This document shows positions 1 through 8,128 of a DNA stretch of 32,000 nucleotides, one piece after another. The stretch covers positions 5,490,001 to 5,522,000 of the forward strand of contig NC_009925.1 of assembly GCF_000018105.1 (NCBI RefSeq). Reading direction: 5' to 3'. The notes under the pieces are model-generated. The model had not been told where the DNA came from. It did not search any database and saw only the letters and a list, made by a program, of their open reading frames with translations. The stretch's first letter is position 1. The number at the start of each line of letters is the position of its first letter. Made by a program: the position numbers and the translations under genes. The DNA comes from Acaryochloris marina MBIC11017. GTDB lineage: Bacteria > Cyanobacteriota > Cyanobacteriia > Thermosynechococcales > Thermosynechococcaceae.

Positions 1-696
1 ACCAACTGCTTTACAATTTTGTTTTGGACCAGTTTTAAAGCATTCTTGAAAGGCTTCATTACAGGGATTCTCAAAATCTCCAAAACGGAACCACCAACCA
101 CGACCTTTTGCAGCAACAGAGCAGTATCTATAAATAGGGTTTTGATTTAAGGAAGACTGAGCTTTTAAAAAATAGCTTATTGTTTTGTTTGCAACAAAAA
201 TTTCTTGAGAAAAAACTTCCTTAGTCAAATTTCTAACATTTGTACCAAAGCTATGTGTAAATCCTGGATTAGAACATTGTCTTTGTTTTACATCTGCTGG
301 AAGCCACCCAATAACATATCTTCCATTTTCTGCATGGCACGGGAAAAAATACTGTGTGGACTTAAGAGAAGGTCCAGCTTTCATGCCTAATGTTTGATCC
401 TTCTGACCATCAAATACGTAGCTTATGAATGCTTCTGCCCTTGAATTACCTATCATCCATAAATACTGTCTCAAGTTTAATAGTCTAGCGCCGATTTGAA
501 GAGGATTACGGCGCCTAAATTTGTAATCACCTAAAAACATTAAATCTGTTGATGATGGTTCAGGTTTAAAACGAGATATTTCAGCAGCATCTGCAATAGT
601 ACTAGCCTCTGCAACATCTTCAGCTACAAAGAAAAAAAGTGTTAGAAGAATACTAAATGTTAGTGAAGCAAAATTTTTTGTGTATTGAATAATCAT
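1..696 (-). CDS. Hypothetical exported or membrane-anchored Cys-containing protein, partial (C-terminus lies beyond the left edge)
   Basis: Missing from the ORF track because no stop lies inside the window. Hand translation of the minus strand from ATG 696-694 gives 232 sense codons down to base 1, with no tta/cta/tca in that phase: MIIQYTKNFASLTFSILLTLFFFVAEDVAEAST...GRGWWFRFGDFENPCNEAFQECFKTGPKQNCKAVG. The hydrophobic N-terminal stretch looks like a signal peptide or anchor. Same strand and AT-rich composition as the gene 109 bp upstream. No family recognised. Confidence 0.55.
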   Translation of the reverse strand, partial: MIIQYTKNFASLTFSILLTLFFFVAEDVAEASTIADAAEISRFKPEPSSTDLMFLGDYKFRRRNPLQIGARLLNLRQYLWMIGNSRAEAFISYVFDGQKDQTLGMKAGPSLKSTQYFFPCHAENGRYVIGWLPADVKQRQCSNPGFTHSFGTNVRNLTKEVFSQEIFVANKTISYFLKAQSSLNQNPIYRYCSVAAKGRGWWFRFGDFENPCNEAFQECFKTGPKQNCKAVG

Positions 697-765
697 GATT
701 TTTTTAGGAAGAAGTTTAATGAGATAGAAGTTAATAATGCCCTATCTAAAATAAGAAGCTCATAA

Positions 766-802
766 TATCAGTCAATAAAATAAGTTATTTTATTGACTGA
801 TA
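766..802 (-). terminator. Perfect 18-bp inverted repeat just downstream of the caspase-STAND gene; candidate intrinsic terminator, attenuator or operator
   Basis: TATCAGTCAATAAAATAA-G-TTATTTTATTGACTGATA has 18/18 complementary arms and ends 3 nt from the stop codon (806-808). On the minus-strand RNA a moderately U-rich tract follows (UUAUGAGCUUCUUAUUUU). The stem is AU-rich, so terminator strength is uncertain. Confidence 0.4.
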
Positions 803-805
803 ATC

Positions 806-3800
806 TTAAAGCTCTTTAAGACAGAGGTTAATACGATCTTTTATCAAATAGTCAGAATTAGGATCTCCAAAAATTTGGCTTCCAAGTGTTTTTCTATTTA
901 AAGCATTACATTGTTTAGAGACTGAACTATCTGGATCATCTTCGAGCCATACACAACCTTCTTCATTCCATAATTTCTCTATTTCTTTAATTAATCTACA
1001 TGGTATTAATGAAATTTCAAGTGTATTTTCTAATCGTCCATTATTATTTAGATCAGCACCTATACCAATATTTTTATATAGAATAATATATGTTTTTTTA
1101 AGTGCCCCTTCTGTATATTGATTTTCTTCATCAGAGAATTCTGCATTTATTTTAACTTCACCATATTTTTTGTTTTTTAAATCTTTTTTGATTGCTTTAA
1201 TCCGATTTTGTATAACTAATTTGGCTAACTTGTTATCGGAATATTTTGCTAGTGATACGAGTTGACGCTTTTCATTGTTATCTATTTTAAGTGAATTCGG
1301 TAGTTGATTCTGTTTGTAATCAAGTAGTTTCCATATTTCACTGTCATTTTGGATTTTATCAAGTAAAGTTGTAACCGTAGAGATACGAACTCTTCGATAA
1401 TATGCCATTGCAATATTCAATTTACCATCTTCTTCATGTTGATTGGCTTGCTCAATTGTAGTTGTGAGCACTTCCAGTTGCACTGGAGTTTCATTACCTA
1501 ATACCCAAGAATGAATAATACTTAATTTGAGTTGATAAGAATTCCATAATGCAAAACTAATAATAAAAATTAATGAAGCTAATGAAACACCAATTGCAAT
1601 GATTTTATTGCGGTAGACTTTTTTTTCTTGTTGAATTTCTCGCAGTTTACGTTCAACTGCTTCCTTCTTTATTTGATTTTGTTTCTGTTGACTTAACTTT
1701 ATATACTCTTTCCCTACTTTTGAAATGATCTCTAAGTCATTATATTTTTCTATGAAATTTTCTGCTTCAATTAATTTATTTCCTTGAAGTAGCCAAGATA
1801 TATCTTTTTTTCTTCCTCCACTTTTCCATTCCATTGCAGAATATTCAATTTTTCTTGCAATCTTAATAGCATCTCTATGATCATTTATCCATATTTGAAG
1901 CCTAAACCAATATCGTATAAGTGCTTCATGAACAATATTAAGAACAACATTATCTTTTGTTTTATATGAGTCTTTTTCTAGAATAGTATCCGATACTATA
2001 AGTCTTTCCGATACCAGTGTTTGGATAACACTATCAACCAACTTCTCTGATTTTTGATAAATTACAAGTTCGTGTTTATAAATGCTTCTTCTTGTATCAC
2101 TAGTGCCCTCTCCTAGTTGTGTAAGTGCTAAAAAAATTAGTTTAGCTATCTTTTTTTCTTCTGTTGAGAATGATTCATAAACTTCTTCAGCTCTATTTTC
2201 TAAAGCTTTCTTTACACCACCTAAATATACATAATTTTCTAATGTGATACGATTAGATTTCCTATGCTTCCATAGTAACTCCAGCGTATACTCTAGTAAT
2301 GGTAAGCTGCCTGATTCAAGACCAAAATTGTTTATGTAGTCTGAATTTTTATCTATAAATGGCCTAGTATTTAAATCAGATGTTATCTGAACAACAAGAC
2401 CTTCATCAATCCTAAGGCCAGCTTTTTCAGCTGGTTTACCTATTGCTTCCTCTAACTCTTTCATTGTTAATGGCTTGACAGAAACTAAATTATTTTGAAT
2501 TCCGTCAATTAAACCACTGTAATTTTGCTCTGTACACTTCCCAAGAAAATCTGCTCTCATAACAATAATTATTAAAAGCTTATCTTTAATATATTCGAGA
2601 GCACTAAATAAGCATGAAAAGTATTTTTTTCTTTCCTGTTCGGATTCACATAATGTAAAAACCTCTTCAAATTGATCAATGATTAATACAGTCTTAACCG
2701 TATTAGAAATACTAATAATCCTTGAAAGACCCTCACTATTATTTGAAAATAAATTTTCAGCTTTACTTAGTTGGAAAGCGCGATCAATATCCGATATTCG
2801 TTTATCCACAAATGGAAGTGCTAAACTTTTAAGTGGATGATAGCCTGGTGTAAAAATATGAATTTTCCAATTCTCTGAACCTGAAATTTTTGTTCCTTTC
2901 TGCAATTGATAAGCTAATCCAGCTCGAACAACCGATGATTTTCCGCATCCAGATGGACCAATTATGGCTAAAAAATTTATATCTTTTTTCTTGATCTTAC
3001 TTAAAAGCTCATCAGTAAGCTTTTCTCTACCATAAAAATATTCAGCATCACTAATTTTAAAGTGTTGTAGTCCTTTGTAAGGACATTTACCTATAGGATT
3101 AACTTCAGCAATATTAATTTCACTACCAGTCAATATTATTTCATGATTAGGATTTAACCACATCGGTTGTTGAGGTGTTTCTTTCAATTCACGATTGATA
3201 TATTCAATTAGTGAATCGTTAGTAACCACCTTTCTAATACTATTTCTGTAGTTTAGTCCATTAATTATTGCATTTGTCAAAACACTATGACTTCTGTCAA
3301 TTTCCTCAGAAATCTCGAATTCTCTTGATGAAGCAAGTAGAAATAGTGAGCTTCTTTTTTCTCTAACTCCTGGCTCTATATCAATAAAGTTTAATAAGCC
3401 TCCGCTATAACAGCAATCTAACCATACTATTGGTTGCTTGATTGGACTTTCGTGTAATAATCTTTGCAATGTTTGTAGAGAATATCCCCAAAAACCCTTT
3501 GAGGGATTAACATCACTAGATGCTATATATGCTTCATTAATCCCCCAATTTTTTCGTAGACCATGACCAGAATAATATAATAATGCTGTATCTGGTATGT
3601 TTTTACCTTCTGGTTTAAATAGTTGACTAATGGCTTTATCTAATTGTTCTAAATTTATCTTTTTTTGAGATGCTATCTTCCTTTTATTTGCAATGAATGG
3701 ATCTATGAATTCAGGAAGACGTTTAATTCGAAAATTTCCATCATTTTGCAATACTTGCGCTATTCCTTCAGCATCTTTTGCAGGAGCATAAAGTGGTGAT

Positions 3801-3847
3801 AAATATTCATATGTATTTATACCTATAATCAATGCATCTCTAGACAT
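806..3847 (-). CDS. Caspase-like (peptidase C14) - nSTAND-type P-loop NTPase - single TM helix - unassigned C-terminal extracytoplasmic domain
   Basis: 1013-aa ORF with an ATG start. The caspase His/Cys dyad contexts are LLYYSGHGL (His95) and VWLDCCYSGG (Cys145/146). The STAND lead-in is PYKGLQHFKISDAEYFYGRE, followed by Walker A GPSGCGKS (nt 2936-2959), Walker B VLIIDQFEE, and later HEALIRYWFRLQIWINDHRD. A hydrophobic helix IIAIGVSLASLIFIISFALW (aa 749-768, nt 1544-1603) is preceded by KKVYRNK. The roughly 245-aa C-terminal region has 4 Cys. Confidence 0.85.
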   Translation of the reverse strand: MSRDALIIGINTYEYLSPLYAPAKDAEGIAQVLQNDGNFRIKRLPEFIDPFIANKRKIASQKKINLEQLDKAISQLFKPEGKNIPDTALLYYSGHGLRKNWGINEAYIASSDVNPSKGFWGYSLQTLQRLLHESPIKQPIVWLDCCYSGGLLNFIDIEPGVREKRSSLFLLASSREFEISEEIDRSHSVLTNAIINGLNYRNSIRKVVTNDSLIEYINRELKETPQQPMWLNPNHEIILTGSEINIAEVNPIGKCPYKGLQHFKISDAEYFYGREKLTDELLSKIKKKDINFLAIIGPSGCGKSSVVRAGLAYQLQKGTKISGSENWKIHIFTPGYHPLKSLALPFVDKRISDIDRAFQLSKAENLFSNNSEGLSRIISISNTVKTVLIIDQFEEVFTLCESEQERKKYFSCLFSALEYIKDKLLIIIVMRADFLGKCTEQNYSGLIDGIQNNLVSVKPLTMKELEEAIGKPAEKAGLRIDEGLVVQITSDLNTRPFIDKNSDYINNFGLESGSLPLLEYTLELLWKHRKSNRITLENYVYLGGVKKALENRAEEVYESFSTEEKKIAKLIFLALTQLGEGTSDTRRSIYKHELVIYQKSEKLVDSVIQTLVSERLIVSDTILEKDSYKTKDNVVLNIVHEALIRYWFRLQIWINDHRDAIKIARKIEYSAMEWKSGGRKKDISWLLQGNKLIEAENFIEKYNDLEIISKVGKEYIKLSQQKQNQIKKEAVERKLREIQQEKKVYRNKIIAIGVSLASLIFIISFALWNSYQLKLSIIHSWVLGNETPVQLEVLTTTIEQANQHEEDGKLNIAMAYYRRVRISTVTTLLDKIQNDSEIWKLLDYKQNQLPNSLKIDNNEKRQLVSLAKYSDNKLAKLVIQNRIKAIKKDLKNKKYGEVKINAEFSDEENQYTEGALKKTYIILYKNIGIGADLNNNGRLENTLEISLIPCRLIKEIEKLWNEEGCVWLEDDPDSSVSKQCNALNRKTLGSQIFGDPNSDYLIKDRINLCLKEL

Positions 3848-3872
3848 GTTTTATCATTCAAGTTTAGTAAAA

Positions 3873-3901
3873 AGAATATTCATTCAAAAAAATTAAGTCA
3901 A
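3873..3901 (-). promoter_or_regulatory. Candidate sigma70-type promoter for the caspase-STAND gene
   Basis: The minus strand reads TTGACT (3901-3896), 17 nt, then TATTCT (3878-3873). The -10 element ends 25 nt upstream of the ATG at 3847. This is a motif match only, in very AT-rich DNA where such matches arise easily. Confidence 0.3.
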
Positions 3902-3925
3902 TGTTAACAACTCATGGTAATTAGC

Positions 3926-3951
3926 CTTGTATCAATAACTTGTATCAATAA
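3926..3951. repeat. Tandem direct repeat, 2 x 13 bp (CTTGTATCAATAA), upstream of the candidate promoter
   Basis: Exact copies at 3926-3938 and 3939-3951. A related TATCAAT core recurs about 30 bp further on. The repeat lies 25-50 bp upstream of the putative -35 on the gene's upstream side. Confidence 0.8.
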
Positions 3952-4240
3952 ATAGATGTTTGAATGCTTCCTGTTATATATATCAATGTACATCTCAGAT
4001 TTTACGCAAAAAATCTAAATTCATGAGAGTTTGCTTAATACAAATCGAAGGAAACTAAATTTTGAAGAAATTGTCAGGGATGGTTAGCCAAATTGACAAG
4101 AATTGCCATATTGCCCGTTAAATTTTGCCTTTCCTGTTGTTAAGCAGTCTGAAATATTTCTTCAAGTTCACTAACACCTCTGATGAACTTATTTCTTTTA
4201 TCAAGTAGAGACACGCATTCTGCCATTCGAGTACGAGATC

Positions 4241-4774
4241 TCAAAAAGTTACACACTTCATCCACCGCTTTGCAAAACTGATGAACTGCTTTAATCCAAG
4301 GGTAGGGTGATAGCGCTTTTTGACTGGACTGTGACTTTGCTCAATGAGATTCTCAGTGCAGGGGCGAACCTCATGCTCTGCATTCTTACCCAATTCTTCT
4401 TCAATAGCAGGAGGTTAGGACGCCAAGCCATCTGTCGCGACCTTATTGGGTGGATTCTCGTGCAGGTTAGTTCGAATTTGTTCTGTAAAATGAGGCAGAA
4501 ATCTTTCTTTCCAATCCCGCACGGTTTCATGGGCAAATTCAAAACCTCGAATCCAGAAGTACTCGGCCACATCCCGATAGCTATGTTTTTAGCGTACTCG
4601 GACTAGGAGAACCTGAAATACTATATTTGTAGGGACCTCAATAAAATTGAAGGGAGTGCCTATACGTTTGTTGTAACTCCTGCAACACACTTTGCATCGA
4701 AACCGAACATATCCAAGGGCAGTCTTACTCTGAAGAAATGAGACTCGGGTTGAGCGGCAATGAGGACAATCCAT
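4241..4774 (-). pseudogene. IS6-family (IS26/IS240-like) transposase remnant with an in-frame stop and an internal deletion
   Basis: The N-terminal zinc-finger/HTH part is MDCPHCRSTRV...RFRCKVCCRSYNKRIGTPFNFIEVPTNIVFQVLLVRVR. It is followed by an in-frame TAA (4589-4591), then KHSYRDVAEYFWIRGFEFAHETVRDWKERFLPHFTEQIRTN. After a frame change the family's C-terminal motif appears: NLIEQSHSPVKKRYHPTLGLKQFISFAKR...stop (4241-4243). Only about 40 codons separate the two parts, where the DDE core should be. Confidence 0.7.
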
Positions 4775-4973
4775 TAAATACAGATAGAGTATGACTCAGG
4801 GACAGCACTCAGCCTGTCGGGATGGAAGTGGTTCCTCCATTCTGGGAAAACAGCCCTGACAGTTTCCTCCCAGCTGCTTAACCCGAACTCAGGTTAGCTA
4901 GATAGAACGTGGACTCTTCCAACAATTCCCTCCGTGCTAGGACCCTTCTCAAAGTAAGAATTTCAAACACAAA

Positions 4974-5011
4974 AGCGCCAAGAGTAACAAGGCTCTCTTA
5001 GCGCTTTTTTT
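4974..5011 (-). terminator. Rho-independent terminator downstream of the peroxiredoxin gene (bidirectional hairpin)
   Basis: AGCGCCAAGAG (4974-4984) pairs with CTCTTAGCGCT (4995-5005) with one mismatch. A T7 run flanks it on the plus strand, and TTTTGTGTTTG flanks it on the minus-strand transcript. It lies 19 nt after the stop at 5030. Confidence 0.6.
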
Positions 5012-5029
5012 GATGCCAGACAGTCTTTT

Positions 5030-5467
5030 CTACAAACCTAAGTCAGCCAAAATATCAGTGGCATGGGTATCCGTATTAACGGAAGTATAGACTTTATCGA
5101 TTTGGCCTTGGCCGTTAATCACATAGGTGACACGCTGAGCATACCCACCACCATCAACGTCGTAGGCCTTCATTAGACTATGGTCCACGTCAGCGAGTAG
5201 GGGAAACGGCAGATTGAACTTACTGGTGAAGTCTTGGTGAGATCCTTCATCATCACCACTTACCCCAAAGACCACAATATCTTTGCCTTGGTAAGCAGTG
5301 TAGTTATCACGAAAGCTACAGGCTTCTTTGGTGCAGCCCGGCGTATCGTCTTTGGGATAGAAATATAGGACAACCGTCTTCCCAGCATAATCGGCAAGGG
5401 AAACCGTGTTGCCATTGGTGTCTTTAGTCGTAAACGCAGGAGCAGCAGTACCAGCGGTTAAAGCCAT
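5030..5467 (-). CDS. bcp: Peroxiredoxin Q / BCP-type thiol peroxidase
   Basis: 145 aa with the peroxidatic motif YFYPKDDTPGCTKEACSF and a typical BCP/PrxQ length and layout. Confidence 0.9.
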   Translation of the reverse strand: MALTAGTAAPAFTTKDTNGNTVSLADYAGKTVVLYFYPKDDTPGCTKEACSFRDNYTAYQGKDIVVFGVSGDDEGSHQDFTSKFNLPFPLLADVDHSLMKAYDVDGGGYAQRVTYVINGQGQIDKVYTSVNTDTHATDILADLGL

Positions 5468-5562
5468 AGGGTTTCCTCACAAAAACAGGATAAAAATCTG
5501 GATGGTTCACTCATCCCTGGCTAAAAACCAGAGATACCCAAAGTAGTGTTACATATTTTTTC

Positions 5563-7905
5563 TTACTTGGGGGGGATGGTTGCAGTGGGGTAAGGAATAC
5601 GTTTGTGGTGAAACTGCATCCATACTTCCACAAACACCTCTGCTAATACATTTAACTCATCTCGGGTGAGCTGAGAATCCACGAGCTGGTTATCCTGCCA
5701 GCGGGCTTTGAAAATTTTGTTGATGGTTTTTAGGGCTAAGTCTGGGGTCGCATCTTTGAGGGATCGCAACGCCGCTTCGCAGGAATCCGCCAGCATTACA
5801 ATCCCTGTTTCTCGGGATTGAGGAACGGGTCCAGGATAGCGAAAATCAGACTCTTGAACCGGATCTAGCTCAGGATTGGCAGACGCCTGCTGTTGAGCCT
5901 GATGGTGGAAAAATGCGATTACCATCGTGCCCTGATGCTCAGGGATAAAAGCCTGTACAGCGGCAGGCAAACGACATTTACGGGCCATCACCAGCCCTTC
6001 GGACACATGCTTCTTGATAATCTCGGCACTCTGCCAAGGGTCGTTGAGCAGATCGTGTTTATTGGTGGTGTCCCGCTGGTTCTCAATAAAAAATTGGGGG
6101 TCATGCATTTTGCCAATGTCATGGTAAAGGGTTCCCGTCCTCACCAATTCGACATTACAGTCTAATGCACTCGCCCCTGCTTCCGCCAAAGTGGCCACAA
6201 ACATCGTGTGTTGAAAGGTTCCAGGGGCTTCTCGGGACAACCGTTTGAGCAAAGGTCGATTGGGATTCGCCAATTCCGCCAGTCGAATGGGGGTCACCAG
6301 GTCAAACACATGTTCGATATAGGGGCTGATACCCAAGGCCACAATGGTCCACCCTAACCCCACTAACCCTTGAATCAGAGACAAACCCAAAATGCTATAG
6401 ACCGGGGCTCCTGCCAAAGTCATGAGGATAAACAAAGCCACCCCTTGGGTAATGGCGACAATTACCCCTAACAGGGCAATCTCTTCCCGAGAACGTCGTT
6501 GGCGCGCTACAAGGCTGGCGACCAAACTCCCCGCAGCAATCGCTCCTAGCTCGATAAACCCACTACTCAGCCCCAAGGAAATCAAGCTCGAAAGAATAAC
6601 GACGACTGTTGCCCCCAGCACCGGCCCATAAAAACTACCCACCAGTAGGCCAACCGCAGGCAAACTGGTATATCGCAGAGCGGTCGTCCAAATCAGCAGG
6701 GATGCACTAGCCGACAGCATTAACACCAACACATAATCCCGCCGATCAAATTCAAGGCGACAGCGTCGTTGGACGACTAGAAATACAGCAATCCCCCCAC
6801 TGACGGCCGCCATCGTCCCAAATAAGCCCAGCAAGTTGATGCCCCGTCGACTCAGACCAAAATGTTCGAGTAAGGCAAAGTCAGCTTGGGAAATTCGCTC
6901 ACCGGATTTAACAATGACCTCATCTTTATCAATAGGAATCAGAATGGGAGGAATCTGCTCCGCAATAATTTCTCGCTGACGTAAGGTACCGGTGGGGTCA
7001 ATACTCAGGTTGGGTTTGAGGACGTTGGGCAATAACTTGATGCCCAGGGCTTGAACTTTGGCAGGATAGTCCTGGAGTTGGACCTTAATGGTACTTCGCA
7101 TCACGGTCCCAGGTAATCCTGGAGGAATCCCTTGGGTAAGAATCCGTTTTAACGCCGTCCGTAGCCTTTTCTGGGCCATTGCCCACTCGGGTTCTGTAAA
7201 TTCTAAAAGGGTCCGGCTGGAGAATCCTTGTAGACGGGGAGGAACCTTACCTAAAGCAGCCTGATAGTCTTGCTGGGCCTGGGTGATACTCCGCATCAAG
7301 GCAGACCATTTAACCCCATCTTTTTCTTTGGCTCGATAGGTCCGCAGGGCTTTAATTGCCGCCTGGGCATTCTTGGTTTTTAGCCACGCCGTTGAGGGAG
7401 GGGTCGTGGCATTGACCTGCTTCAGGAGGGTCTGAAAGTCTCCGGTATTCTGTTGCCGTAGAAAATGCTGCACCCTAGGGGATAAAGTCTTAATCGATGT
7501 ATAGGGAAACTCGCCAGCGGACCCTCGGAATTTTTGGATATCTGCCAAGTAAGAATCCAAATCCGCTTGAATAGCAGCCGTTTGAGATGGATTAACCATA
7601 TACACGCTCACCGCATTCCGAAAGGCGGCTTCACGAGCTGCAGCCGTGGCAATGGGATCGGCGGCTTGGGCAGACTCTGGGGCCTTAATCGTTTCTGGGG
7701 CAACGGTACCAATCGTGAGTTGCGGCTCATTATAGAATCGATGGCCGATCACGCTGGTTAGAGCAGCGACAGATACCACAAACAATAGAGGCGATTGCTG
7801 CTTGAGAGACCGACGAGCAGAACGGTTTGAAGGAATACGTGACGCGGCAGAGGAAGATAACCAACGGCTCAGACGTACCTGCTGAGAACGGAATAATTTC
7901 TTCAT
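5563..7905 (-). CDS. 7TM receptor with intracellular HD/HDIG phosphohydrolase domain (7TMR-HD, PgpH/YqfF-like)
   Basis: 780 aa. The layout is an N-terminal anchor, a large extracytoplasmic region, about seven hydrophobic helices (aa ~350-540) and a C-terminal HD domain with LYHDIGKM and FIPEHQGT motifs. Confidence 0.8.
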   Translation of the reverse strand: MKKLFRSQQVRLSRWLSSSAASRIPSNRSARRSLKQQSPLLFVVSVAALTSVIGHRFYNEPQLTIGTVAPETIKAPESAQAADPIATAAAREAAFRNAVSVYMVNPSQTAAIQADLDSYLADIQKFRGSAGEFPYTSIKTLSPRVQHFLRQQNTGDFQTLLKQVNATTPPSTAWLKTKNAQAAIKALRTYRAKEKDGVKWSALMRSITQAQQDYQAALGKVPPRLQGFSSRTLLEFTEPEWAMAQKRLRTALKRILTQGIPPGLPGTVMRSTIKVQLQDYPAKVQALGIKLLPNVLKPNLSIDPTGTLRQREIIAEQIPPILIPIDKDEVIVKSGERISQADFALLEHFGLSRRGINLLGLFGTMAAVSGGIAVFLVVQRRCRLEFDRRDYVLVLMLSASASLLIWTTALRYTSLPAVGLLVGSFYGPVLGATVVVILSSLISLGLSSGFIELGAIAAGSLVASLVARQRRSREEIALLGVIVAITQGVALFILMTLAGAPVYSILGLSLIQGLVGLGWTIVALGISPYIEHVFDLVTPIRLAELANPNRPLLKRLSREAPGTFQHTMFVATLAEAGASALDCNVELVRTGTLYHDIGKMHDPQFFIENQRDTTNKHDLLNDPWQSAEIIKKHVSEGLVMARKCRLPAAVQAFIPEHQGTMVIAFFHHQAQQQASANPELDPVQESDFRYPGPVPQSRETGIVMLADSCEAALRSLKDATPDLALKTINKIFKARWQDNQLVDSQLTRDELNVLAEVFVEVWMQFHHKRIPYPTATIPPK

Positions 7906-8128
7906 TGGATGGTTAGGCGACTAAGGCATATAGGCCATTCAATTGGGAAATATCCTGAAGGCAGAAGTCAGTAGTGCTGGCATAACGGTGTTCCTTGATT
8001 TGTCCACAACTGTTGTTCAAGTCCTTCAATTATAGTCAAATCACTCATTGATACTACTGCCCATGGTTTTTGTACCCCTAAACTGGAGCTGAGGTCGGCT
8101 TTTACATCTGGGAGTGAAAGCGGCAGGA

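Noticed and set aside
205-390. 61-aa plus-strand ORF in the AT-rich block
   Set aside because: It lies entirely antisense to the much longer open frame 1-696 (minus), starts at TTG and has low-complexity content. It is most likely a shadow ORF.
4291-4606. Track ORFs 4291..4572 (-) and 4307..4606 (+)
   Set aside because: Both overlap the IS6 remnant in the wrong frame or strand. The recognisable transposase motifs are in another minus-strand frame, so these are artefacts of the decayed gene.
5893-7761. Plus-strand ORFs 5893..6165, 6422..6631 and 7534..7761
   Set aside because: They are antisense shadows inside the 780-aa 7TM-HD gene, Arg/Gly/Pro-rich as expected from reverse-complement reading of a moderately GC-rich CDS. 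No motifs recognised.
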